Shown: positions 7,900 through 16,458 of the stretch, in pieces | How the letters are laid out: every line of letters begins with the position of its first letter | How positions within the stretch are numbered: the first letter of the stretch is position 1 | Source: Candidatus Saccharimonadales bacterium | GTDB taxonomy: Bacteria; Patescibacteriota; Saccharimonadia; Saccharimonadales; JAYRRP01 | Assembly: GCA_041910055.1 (NCBI GenBank) | Contig: JAYRRP010000003.1 | Location: 301,973 to 365,972, forward strand | Length of the DNA: 64,000 nucleotides | Direction: 5' to 3' | Notes under the pieces: model-generated | The model's database searches: none | What the model was told of the DNA's origin: nothing | What the model saw: the letters and a program-made list of their open reading frames with translations, nothing else | Program-made: the position numbers and the translations under genes

Positions 7900-10498
7900 T
7901 AGCATACCAGCCCGGCTGCTTATCCGTATTCCACGCAAGTGGTTGCTAGTAGGTCTTACAATCACCGCTTTGCTATTTATTATTCCGGGCAAAGCTCATG
8001 CGGCCGTGTCTGCGCCCGGTGGACCCGGTGGGCCGCCTTCTCCGGTCAATACTGCTTATTTTGATGGGAGTGTTGCTTTAGGGAATGCTATTGCCTGTGG
8101 CGATGGAACGTATACACGTTATCTCAAACATTTTTCCGCGCCGGAGCTTGACGATGCCGGGTCATATTATGTTTCCCATCAAAAGATAGTTAATTTGACA
8201 GGATGGTCGGGCTACTATGTATGTCCAGGGACAAATTATCGCTATAATTCGAGCCAGCACATTGTTTTTGCTATAGCTCCCGGCATGAAAACAAAAGCGG
8301 ACATGGCGGCTGCCGGAGGATGGGATCGAGGCACACAGGTGCTTGGAGGAACAGTCAACAGCGGCAGTGGTTCTTGGTGGCTTCAGTGGGGTATTGGCCC
8401 CACAAACTTGGCGCCAGGTTGGAATACTATATCGCTTAATTTTCAACCCGACAGCTGTACAACTCTCTCATCAGGTATTTGTAGTCCAATAGCTTCAATT
8501 TCACCGATTATAAGTTATATCTATTACAATCCAGGCGTACAAGATGCTGCTAACTGTAATGCTATTTCGGGCTGGGCCTTTGACTCGGACAACTGGTGGA
8601 CATCTATAAATGTAGATATGTATGATGGGCAGGCTGGAGCCGGAGGCACGCCTATAGGTAGATATCCTACTAATGTGCTTAGAAATGACGTAAACGCATT
8701 ATTCGGCATATCCGGTAATCACGGCTATTCTATCGCCACGCCTGCTGTGCTTAAGGACGGCAATGTGCATCAAATATATATGTATGCCATAGGTGTCGAT
8801 GGAGCAGGCAACATAGACGGCGGTAACTGGATGTTAGCAAACTCCCCAATTACAATAGGTCCGTGTGCCAAAAAACCTGTAGGCACAATAGATACTGCTG
8901 ATTGTGCGTCTATTACTGGTTGGGTGTATGATCCGGATAATACGAGTAAGTCGTTGGATATTAATATCTGGAATGGTCCTCCTGGATCTCCTTCGACTCT
9001 TCTCCAGACGCTCAGCGCAAACGTTCCCAGACCGGATGTTAATACCGCATTTGGTATATCGGGTAACCATGGCTTTAATATTGATCCTAGAACAATACCA
9101 GGCGTAGATCTTAGCCGGACAAATACTATATATATTGCGGCATATGGCGTGGATTCAGCTGGGAATAGGGATGGCTCAGATGCAATATTGGGTAAAGGAG
9201 CCCAACTGGCCCAATCAATCGGTCCGTGCGGTACCACCTCTGCCAATTTCACTCTCTCGCCAACCGCCCAGCTCCCAGTCCTGGATAATGACGAAGCTCC
9301 TAGTGTTATACAGTTTAATACCAGCTATGTAACCGGTACCGGCATACCGGCCGCTGGCGTCCAAGCAACCGCAACTCGCACCTACTTCTGGAAAAGGGGC
9401 GGGGTACGCCAAGTACCAGACATGCGTCCAGCAGCTGCCACTACTCAAAAGTTCACGAACGCGCAATTTACCTTTGCTGATCCGCCACTTAACGTACCGC
9501 CTCCGAACTTACAGGCAGGAGATGAAGTCTGCATAGGCCTTACGATTAACCCAGGCGGCGGTAGCGTTGATGGCGCTGGCAACGTAACCAGTCCCACACC
9601 GGCAAAATACTCTGAAGCTTGTGTTCGGCTTGCCAATAAACCCTACGTCTCTTTCTTTGGCAATGATGTCTTTACCGGCGCCCGCTTTGCCGGCCCTAGC
9701 GGCTGTAGTGGTGCGGTGCCTTCCAGTAACATTAAAGCCTTCAACCGTGGAGGGGCAGGCAGCCCTGGCTCTGGTAACCAACTGGGTGTCTTTGCCGTCG
9801 GCTCAATTGACCAGTTTGCCTCCGCCGCTCTACGAACGACTGCACCTACTCCCGCCACTGGTCTAACCTTCGCCAACTCGCCCCCTAGTTCCTGGGGTGG
9901 CAACTTCGGTGCCTCCACTTGTTTGCCAGATTACTTTGCCAGTGCCACCAGTCCCCAACCAAACAACTACCGAGTCTCTCCGGCAGCTAAAACAGTCATG
10001 GCCAACCCGGCTGGCAACCCAGAAATTATCTACGTCAACGGTGATGCTATCATTGACAACAATATTGTCTATGCAAACGCTGGTACCTGGAGCGCCCAAA
10101 ACCAGATCCCTAGTTTCTACCTCATCGTCAAAGGCAATATCTATATTAGCCAAAACGTGAGCCAACTAGACGGCGTCTACATTGCCCAACCTACTGGTAG
10201 TTCGAATACCGGCCAGATATATACCTGCGCCAACACACTTGCCAAGTCACTCTATCCAATGAGCCAGCTCTATACCCTCTGCAACAGACAACTGACCGTC
10301 AACGGCTCCTTCATCGCTTCCCAGGTCAAGCTGCTCCGGACTTTTGGCAGCTTGCGTGACTCTGTCACCCCTCCCGGCCGACCCGCTGAAGTTTTCCGCT
10401 TTAGCCCCGAAACCTACCTGACCTCAGGCCCCGTTCCTACTGGCACTACCTCGATTAAGAAGTACGACTACGTCACTTCATTGCCACCGGTGTTGTAG
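7892..10498 (+). CDS. Large secreted protein, cassette 1 (paralog of 11113..13707); putative surface/pilus-associated adhesin
   Basis: GTG start 8 nt after the SD agaggag, overlapping the upstream stop (GTGAGTAA). Signal peptide ...LLFIIPGKAHA|A. Two copies of a GWxxDxD...RPDVN..FGISGNHGF...GVDxxGNxDG domain. The C-terminus is conserved with the paralog (GNIYISxxVxQLDGVYIAQP ... LPPVL*). Confidence 0.75.
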   Translation: MSNSIPARLLIRIPRKWLLVGLTITALLFIIPGKAHAAVSAPGGPGGPPSPVNTAYFDGSVALGNAIACGDGTYTRYLKHFSAPELDDAGSYYVSHQKIVNLTGWSGYYVCPGTNYRYNSSQHIVFAIAPGMKTKADMAAAGGWDRGTQVLGGTVNSGSGSWWLQWGIGPTNLAPGWNTISLNFQPDSCTTLSSGICSPIASISPIISYIYYNPGVQDAANCNAISGWAFDSDNWWTSINVDMYDGQAGAGGTPIGRYPTNVLRNDVNALFGISGNHGYSIATPAVLKDGNVHQIYMYAIGVDGAGNIDGGNWMLANSPITIGPCAKKPVGTIDTADCASITGWVYDPDNTSKSLDINIWNGPPGSPSTLLQTLSANVPRPDVNTAFGISGNHGFNIDPRTIPGVDLSRTNTIYIAAYGVDSAGNRDGSDAILGKGAQLAQSIGPCGTTSANFTLSPTAQLPVLDNDEAPSVIQFNTSYVTGTGIPAAGVQATATRTYFWKRGGVRQVPDMRPAAATTQKFTNAQFTFADPPLNVPPPNLQAGDEVCIGLTINPGGGSVDGAGNVTSPTPAKYSEACVRLANKPYVSFFGNDVFTGARFAGPSGCSGAVPSSNIKAFNRGGAGSPGSGNQLGVFAVGSIDQFASAALRTTAPTPATGLTFANSPPSSWGGNFGASTCLPDYFASATSPQPNNYRVSPAAKTVMANPAGNPEIIYVNGDAIIDNNIVYANAGTWSAQNQIPSFYLIVKGNIYISQNVSQLDGVYIAQPTGSSNTGQIYTCANTLAKSLYPMSQLYTLCNRQLTVNGSFIASQVKLLRTFGSLRDSVTPPGRPAEVFRFSPETYLTSGPVPTGTTSIKKYDYVTSLPPVL

Positions 10499-10549
10499 AT
10501 AAGATTAGGTAAGTTCTTTATATAAACTTAGTAGGTATTTGAAGCCTTT

Positions 10550-10558
10550 TGGTATAAT
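10550..10558 (+). promoter_or_regulatory. Extended -10 promoter (TGgTATAAT), cassette 2
   Basis: ttttggtataatc, about 45 nt upstream of the 10602 ATG. Confidence 0.55.
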
Positions 10559-10601
10559 CAAGCGTAAGTAGTATTGGCGAGTAATCGTACGCAGATAATT
10601 T

Positions 10602-11129
10602 ATGTTCAATATAAAAAAACCTTCCGGAGATCATCTTACCCATAAAGTTGAGCTGTCTGGGCGCGTTACTACAGTCCAAAAACCTCATAATAAGAAGCTC
10701 ATCTTACTTGTAGTGGTATTTTTAATCCTCCTCGCCGCAGCCGGCTACTTCTGGTACACCAAACAACAATCAGCCAAGACCGCCAAGAACCCAGTCTGCG
10801 CAGAAGATCTTCTCCATCAAGCGGAACCACTGCTCGACAGCTCCAAGCGAGAACAGCTAAAACCCCTGGTTGACAACATCAAAAGCAAGAAGAACTATGA
10901 CAAAGACGCCAACTGTCTCTACATAGTAGTGACGTACCACGTCAACATGGCCGAAGGGAAGAACGCCCGTAAGTACTTTGAGCAATTGAAACAGATTTAT
11001 GATCCGAACAAACGGTTCAGCTTAACCGTTGGCAAACATGGTGGGATTGAAGATTTACAACTTCAAGTAGAGTACGCAGAAGCAAGAGAAAAGATAAAGG
11101 TAACGCCACGCTATGCCCCAAGTCACTAA
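10602..11129 (+). CDS. Small single-pass membrane protein, cassette 2
   Basis: MFNIKKPSGDHLTHKVELSGRV + TM helix. The ectodomain is longer (175 aa) than in the cassette-1 paralog. Confidence 0.75.
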   Translation: MFNIKKPSGDHLTHKVELSGRVTTVQKPHNKKLILLVVVFLILLAAAGYFWYTKQQSAKTAKNPVCAEDLLHQAEPLLDSSKREQLKPLVDNIKSKKNYDKDANCLYIVVTYHVNMAEGKNARKYFEQLKQIYDPNKRFSLTVGKHGGIEDLQLQVEYAEAREKIKVTPRYAPSH

Positions 11130-13707
11130 TCATATAAGCATTACCGGTGCGCAGCCCAGGCTACAGAAGGTATTTTTGTTTAGCCTTAAGCTTGCGGTCT
11201 TAAGTGCAATGGTGATGGTAGGAATGAGTATATTCAAGCCCAAGCCGGCCGCCGCATTAACCCCTAGAGATATCCCCGCAGATATTAGAGCAGCTATCGC
11301 TACCTACGAAGGTGGGTGTGCGGGTATGGCAGAAAAATATTTTTTGGTAGATTGGATATCGCCTCGTGGTGACTCAACCAACCGTGGCCCTGTAAACGTG
11401 AGCCCAGGTACGTCAGTAGTGCCTTTGCAGATCAACTATCTTATCTTTGTCTGTCATGACCAAACAAACTACTCCGGGGGTACGTGGGGTTACTTGGGTG
11501 ACGTTGGCTTACCAGATGATTTGCAAACACCGAGTGCAAGTCTTACACAAGACTATCGCTGGAAGAGCAATAGTTGGGCAACACCAGATGGAGTTGTATC
11601 GCCCAATCTTATTGGTGACGCCTACAATGTGGGTATCGGCAAAGATGCGAATAGTCGTTATTGGTTTGGCTATCAGTTTTTTGACTACGTCTCTCCATCG
11701 CCGATGTATAGATCAAAGAATATCACCGTGAATCTTACTGTGCACGAGTGGCTGACCTACCACAACGACTGGGGAAACACATGGTGCGCCATGCCGCCTG
11801 GCCAGACACAGCGGATTAGCGGAGGTGCTGCACCGTTTGGCTGTCCGGGTGGAAATGTCACGTATCCAATGCTGATTAATGTTACTGGGTGGGGTGCACT
11901 TGGCGTGCTCGATAAAATAGATTGTCCTCTTGGTTTTAAGGGCTGGGCCTTAGATATGGACAGCCCTAGTACCAGTATCGCAGTTCATATATATGCCGAT
12001 GCACCGGCAGGGTCTCCTGGAGCAAAGTTTGTCGGCGCCTATATGGCAGATCAGCCACGTCCGGATGTGAACGCTGTACTGGGGGTTACCGGCAACCATG
12101 GATTTGTAATTCCGCCGGGCAGCATACCGGCTCAGTTCAAAACAGGAGCAAGAACATTCTATTTATATGCCATTGGTGTAGATGGTAGCGGAAATATTGA
12201 TGGCCTGAACCCGCAAATTGCGACTCAAACGACAAACTTTACCGTTTGTGGCGGAGGGACCTCCACTTCCTTCACATTAACACCTGTTGCCCAGACACCT
12301 ACCAGTGAAGATGATGAAAGCGTGGGTGGGCAAACCTATCATAGTTATGTAACTGGAAGCACAGGAATACCTTCGGCAGGTGTCCAAGCCACAGTTACCC
12401 GAACAATAACTTATCACCGAGGGAGTTCATCTACTCCGTATATCAATTTAATTCCGCCTATCACAGAGACTCGTCGCTTTGGTTCTGGCCAAACGCCGAA
12501 CCCGCCCTATGAGGACTTTACTTATGCGGCTCCGCCTGGCGGCTGGCAAGCTGGTGACCAGTACTGTGTATTAATGACGGTATCCCCGGCGGCTGGCAAT
12601 ATAGATGGGTCAGGGAATGTCACGGCAGTGACAACTCCTTCGGCGGCTTCCGGGACGCCAGCTGGAACACCAACTTGTGCAAGAGTGTCAAACAAACCCT
12701 ACGTGCAGTTTTACGGTAACGATGTGCGATCTGGCGCAGGATTTATAAAGAGCGATGGAACTTGCGACCAAAGTACTGGCAATATCAAGACTTTTAATAA
12801 AGTCTGGGTCGATGTCGGTTGGATAGGATCAGGCGTCCAATTTGCCGCTTTTGCCCGTGGTGCTATAGATGGATTTATGACAGTGTCAGTTCGTAACCCT
12901 TCACTAGTTGATCCCCTAGCGCCAGTGGGATTATCCTTTGCGAATAATAATGTAGGGAATGTTCATACCGATTTGGCTGGGAATTTCGGGGCGAATTCTT
13001 GTCTGCCAGACTATTTTTCAGGAAAACCAACCACACCCCCTGGTAACACTGATGTGTATACAATTCCAACTACAGCCACACAGGAAAGTATTTATATTAA
13101 GCCGTCTGCACCCTATACGACAACTTTGGGTCTGCTAGGTGGTAGTTATGGCCCCGGTGCACGCAAAGCACTCTATGTGGACGGCGATGTGTTTATCCTA
13201 GGGAATATTACTTATAGCGGTACTTGGACTAAACGAGAAGATATACCCGCCATTTACATTATTGCGAAAGGGAATATATATATAAGTAAGGACGTTACCC
13301 AACTAGATGGTGTCTATATCGCCCAGCCTGATCCTGCTAAACCGGCCAGCGGTACGCTTAATACGTGTGTTGCCGATACCAGCAGGATACGATTATTACC
13401 AGCGCCAACAACCTATCATTCACCTACCCAAATGACTATGATTGATCTAATGACTGCCGGACAATGGAATTGTCTTAAAAAACTTACCTTTAATGGTGCC
13501 GTAATTGCAAAGCAGGTTAAATTACTGCGTACCTACAGCAGTTTACGTAACGCAGCTCTTCGCGAGCCATCCGCCACCAGCCAAGCCGCTGAGGTGTTTA
13601 ATTTTAGCCCAGAAGTATATTTAACAAATGATTTACCATTACCACTTACTGGGGGAGCCAATAAAGGAAAATATGGTAGCGCAACTACGTTGCCGCCTGT
13701 ATTATAG
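11113..13707 (+). CDS. Large secreted protein, cassette 2
   Basis: 864 aa with an N-terminal hydrophobic signal/anchor, one GWALDMD...RPDVNAVLGVTGNHGF...GVDGSGNIDG domain, and a C-terminal region collinear with 7892..10498, ending TTLPPVL*. Confidence 0.75.
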   Translation: MPQVTNHISITGAQPRLQKVFLFSLKLAVLSAMVMVGMSIFKPKPAAALTPRDIPADIRAAIATYEGGCAGMAEKYFLVDWISPRGDSTNRGPVNVSPGTSVVPLQINYLIFVCHDQTNYSGGTWGYLGDVGLPDDLQTPSASLTQDYRWKSNSWATPDGVVSPNLIGDAYNVGIGKDANSRYWFGYQFFDYVSPSPMYRSKNITVNLTVHEWLTYHNDWGNTWCAMPPGQTQRISGGAAPFGCPGGNVTYPMLINVTGWGALGVLDKIDCPLGFKGWALDMDSPSTSIAVHIYADAPAGSPGAKFVGAYMADQPRPDVNAVLGVTGNHGFVIPPGSIPAQFKTGARTFYLYAIGVDGSGNIDGLNPQIATQTTNFTVCGGGTSTSFTLTPVAQTPTSEDDESVGGQTYHSYVTGSTGIPSAGVQATVTRTITYHRGSSSTPYINLIPPITETRRFGSGQTPNPPYEDFTYAAPPGGWQAGDQYCVLMTVSPAAGNIDGSGNVTAVTTPSAASGTPAGTPTCARVSNKPYVQFYGNDVRSGAGFIKSDGTCDQSTGNIKTFNKVWVDVGWIGSGVQFAAFARGAIDGFMTVSVRNPSLVDPLAPVGLSFANNNVGNVHTDLAGNFGANSCLPDYFSGKPTTPPGNTDVYTIPTTATQESIYIKPSAPYTTTLGLLGGSYGPGARKALYVDGDVFILGNITYSGTWTKREDIPAIYIIAKGNIYISKDVTQLDGVYIAQPDPAKPASGTLNTCVADTSRIRLLPAPTTYHSPTQMTMIDLMTAGQWNCLKKLTFNGAVIAKQVKLLRTYSSLRNAALREPSATSQAAEVFNFSPEVYLTNDLPLPLTGGANKGKYGSATTLPPVL

Positions 13708-13742
13708 AGGGGTGAAAACAGTGCAAAAACAAATAACGCTTA

Positions 13743-13751
13743 TGGTATAAT
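13743..13751 (+). promoter_or_regulatory. Extended -10 promoter of the pil operon
   Basis: tggtataat ends 9 nt before the pilM ATG (13761), implying a leaderless or near-leaderless mRNA. Confidence 0.5.
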
Positions 13752-13760
13752 CGGGTCAAC

Positions 13761-14801
13761 ATGAGCTTACTGAGTGGGGTATCTGACTTTTTTGGACTCG
13801 ACATCGGCACTTCGGCTATCCGTTTAGTGCAATTGCAGGGTAGCGGACGGAGTAAATCGTTAATTCGCTACGCCCACGTACCAATTGATAGTAAGGTTGC
13901 GATGAGTGATTCGAAGGCTGACCAACAAAAGCTGGTGCAGGCTATCCATGACTTGCTTTTGCAAGCAAGGGTTACTTCTCACCACGTGGCAGTAGGCATA
14001 CCGTCTCAACGTGTTTTTACTACAATTGTTGATATTGACCGGATGTCTCCGAGTGAGATCGCACATTCTATCGAACTTCAAGCTGATTCGCTTATTCCTA
14101 CCCCTATCGCTGAATCTAAGCTTGATTGGGCAGTCTTAGGTGATTCGCCCAAAGACAAAAACAAAGTTGAGGTGCTACTCAGCAGTGTGACCAATGAATA
14201 TATAGAATCGCGTTTGGATATGCTGGAATCTATTGGCTTGAACGTGATTGCCTTTGAACCGGATATGATGGCGCTGACCCGAGCGGTTATTCCAGCTGAT
14301 GCGACCACACCGCAAATGGTAGTCGATCTTGGCTTTAAGGCAACTGATATCGTGGTTTCGTATAACGGTACTCCTCGCTTGGCTCGGACTATTCCCACCG
14401 GCATGGAGGCTATCATCAAATCTGCCGCCCAAAACCTGAATATTGACGATAAACAAGCTAACCAGTTTGTGAACAAATTTGGCCTGGGCAAAGACAAGCT
14501 AGAAGGCCAGATCTATAATGCGATTAGCGGCACGGTTGAGATTTTGGTCAGTGAAATCGAGAAATCTATCAAGTTTTTCCAGAGTCGCTATACGTCTGTA
14601 AGGATTGACCGCATTATTGTGACGGGTAGTGCTTCATCATTGCCCGAATTTCCACTATTTATTGCGAATAAATTTGGCTTAAACGTAGAAATTGGTAATG
14701 CGTGGCGAAATGTCGCGTTTCCGGCTGATAGGCAAAATGAATTACTGGCAGCGGCCAGCCAGTTTGGCGTGGCGGCAGGCCTGGCGGAGCGAACAGAATG
14801 A
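13761..14801 (+). CDS. pilM: Type IV pilus assembly protein PilM (actin-like ATPase fold)
   Basis: FFGLDIGTSAIRLVQL... N-terminus, ~346 aa, and position ahead of the pilN/O-like genes. Confidence 0.85.
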   Translation: MSLLSGVSDFFGLDIGTSAIRLVQLQGSGRSKSLIRYAHVPIDSKVAMSDSKADQQKLVQAIHDLLLQARVTSHHVAVGIPSQRVFTTIVDIDRMSPSEIAHSIELQADSLIPTPIAESKLDWAVLGDSPKDKNKVEVLLSSVTNEYIESRLDMLESIGLNVIAFEPDMMALTRAVIPADATTPQMVVDLGFKATDIVVSYNGTPRLARTIPTGMEAIIKSAAQNLNIDDKQANQFVNKFGLGKDKLEGQIYNAISGTVEILVSEIEKSIKFFQSRYTSVRIDRIIVTGSASSLPEFPLFIANKFGLNVEIGNAWRNVAFPADRQNELLAAASQFGVAAGLAERTE

Positions 14802-15511
14802 TACAGTTTAACCTTCTCCCAGACGTAAAGTTGCAATATATTCGGGCCCGCCGGCTCAAGCAGACTATGATTACTGTTAGTGGTGTAGTCATTATTGCCA
14901 GCTTGGCAGTGACTATATTTCTTTTTATGGCTGTCCAAGTGTTCCAGAAAGAGCACATCAGTCATATCAATAAAGACATTAAGGAGTCAACTGACAAACT
15001 GCAAGGCACGAAAGATCTGGATAAGCTTTTGACAATCCAAAACCAACTGTCTAGCCTCTCCAGCTTGCATGACAGCAAGAAGGTCGGCTCACGGACATTT
15101 GGCTACCTTGCCCAGGTTACCCCCAAAGACGTGACTATTTCAAATCTTGAGGTTGACTTTGACGCTGGTACGATGAAGATTACCGGTGGCGCAAAAGAGC
15201 TAAGTGCTGCGAACCAATACGTGGATACTCTCAAGTTCACTACCTACACCTATCCAGAAACGAAACCAGACGGCGGCACCGAAAATAAAACAGGTAACGC
15301 CTTTACAAATGTTGTGCTGAGCAGCTGGTCCCGGAATGACAAAGAAACGACCTATACGATTGATCTTAGATTTGATCCGGCTATTTTTGATGTCCAGAAG
15401 CAAACTTCTCTCGTTGTTCCCAACCAGATCACAACCCGATCTTCCACTGAAAAACCAAGCAGTGACTCCGATATTTTCAAGCAACCGCAAACTAATAATC
15501 CAAAACAATAA
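14798..15511 (+). CDS. pilN: PilN-like pilus assembly protein
   Basis: MIQFNLLPDVKLQYIRARR + single TM (the PilN signature N-terminus). 4-nt overlap with pilM. Confidence 0.7.
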   Translation: MIQFNLLPDVKLQYIRARRLKQTMITVSGVVIIASLAVTIFLFMAVQVFQKEHISHINKDIKESTDKLQGTKDLDKLLTIQNQLSSLSSLHDSKKVGSRTFGYLAQVTPKDVTISNLEVDFDAGTMKITGGAKELSAANQYVDTLKFTTYTYPETKPDGGTENKTGNAFTNVVLSSWSRNDKETTYTIDLRFDPAIFDVQKQTSLVVPNQITTRSSTEKPSSDSDIFKQPQTNNPKQ

Positions 15512-15523
15512 GGTGTAAGTAGT

Positions 15524-16201
15524 ATGCCAAAACTTCAATTTTCATCCAAAAGGCTACAAATAGATCGGGCGAATGCGACAATGATTATATTTATTGCGGC
15601 CGCTGTGTTTGTGCTTATATTTTCGATAGTGGCGGTTAAGGCATTGTGGAGCCAGCGCGGCTACCAGGCCAGGGTGATTAAAAGCAAAGAAGAGGCTCGG
15701 GATCAATTGAAGAAGAATATTGACACGGTTGGTAAACTGGCCCAATCTTATCAGCAGTTTGTGACTGCTCCAGAAAATGTACTGGGTGGTAGCTCTACCG
15801 GTGGAAGTGAAAAAGATGGCGATAATGCCAAGATTGTGCTCGATGCACTGCCTAGTAAGTATGATTATCCGGCCCTTACCAGTAGTGTAGAAAAAATCCT
15901 TACCGACAAAGGCTTTAAAATCAATTCTATAACTGGTACTGATGATGAAGCCAATCAGACGAACAAAGATGAGAACCAAAAACCTGAAAAAGTTGAAATG
16001 CCTGTCAGTTTTAGTGTTACCGGTTCGTACCGATCCATTCAGGACCTGGTGCCAGTGTTCGAGCTTTCTATACGTCCGTTCCTCCTCAAGAAGATAACTT
16101 TGAGTGCCCAGGACAAAGACAAGCTGGATCTTAAAATGGACTTAAGTACCTACTACCAACCGAAGAAAAACCTCCAAATTACTACAAAGGAAGTGAAATG
16201 A
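15524..16201 (+). CDS. pilO: PilO-like pilus assembly protein
   Basis: Single TM followed by a coiled coil and a ferredoxin-like C-terminus, in the expected position after pilN. Sequence-level recognition is weak. Confidence 0.5.
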   Translation: MPKLQFSSKRLQIDRANATMIIFIAAAVFVLIFSIVAVKALWSQRGYQARVIKSKEEARDQLKKNIDTVGKLAQSYQQFVTAPENVLGGSSTGGSEKDGDNAKIVLDALPSKYDYPALTSSVEKILTDKGFKINSITGTDDEANQTNKDENQKPEKVEMPVSFSVTGSYRSIQDLVPVFELSIRPFLLKKITLSAQDKDKLDLKMDLSTYYQPKKNLQITTKEVK

Positions 16202-16446
16202 AACAAAAAGACATCATCTTACTTATCGTTGTTGCTTTTATAAGCGGTGTGCTGGCAATCTTAGCTACCAAATTCTTCATTGCGCCGCCCAAAAAACGTC
16301 AACAAAAAGTTGAAGTAGTAGAGGCTATTAATGCTGACTTCAAAGAACCAGATAAGAAATATTTCAATCCATCTGCTATCAACCCGACCAAAGTGATCCA
16401 GATAGGCCCTAGCGATAATCAAGACCCGATAAATAAGCAACAATAG
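16198..16446 (+). CDS. Small single-pass membrane protein of the pilus operon
   Basis: 82 aa with an N-terminal TM helix. Translationally coupled (ATGA overlap) to the pilO-like gene. Confidence 0.55.
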   Translation: MKQKDIILLIVVAFISGVLAILATKFFIAPPKKRQQKVEVVEAINADFKEPDKKYFNPSAINPTKVIQIGPSDNQDPINKQQ

Positions 16447-16458
16447 GGAAGCGCCACC

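Noticed and set aside
8162-10165. Numerous 60-160-aa ORFs on the opposite strand or in alternative frames inside the two large secreted-protein genes (for example 8162..8446, 8770..9252, 9643..9918, 9863..10165).
   Set aside because: They lie entirely within long, well-supported, GC-richer coding regions whose paralogous conservation defines the real frame. They have no SD or promoter and no motifs. These are typical shadow ORFs.
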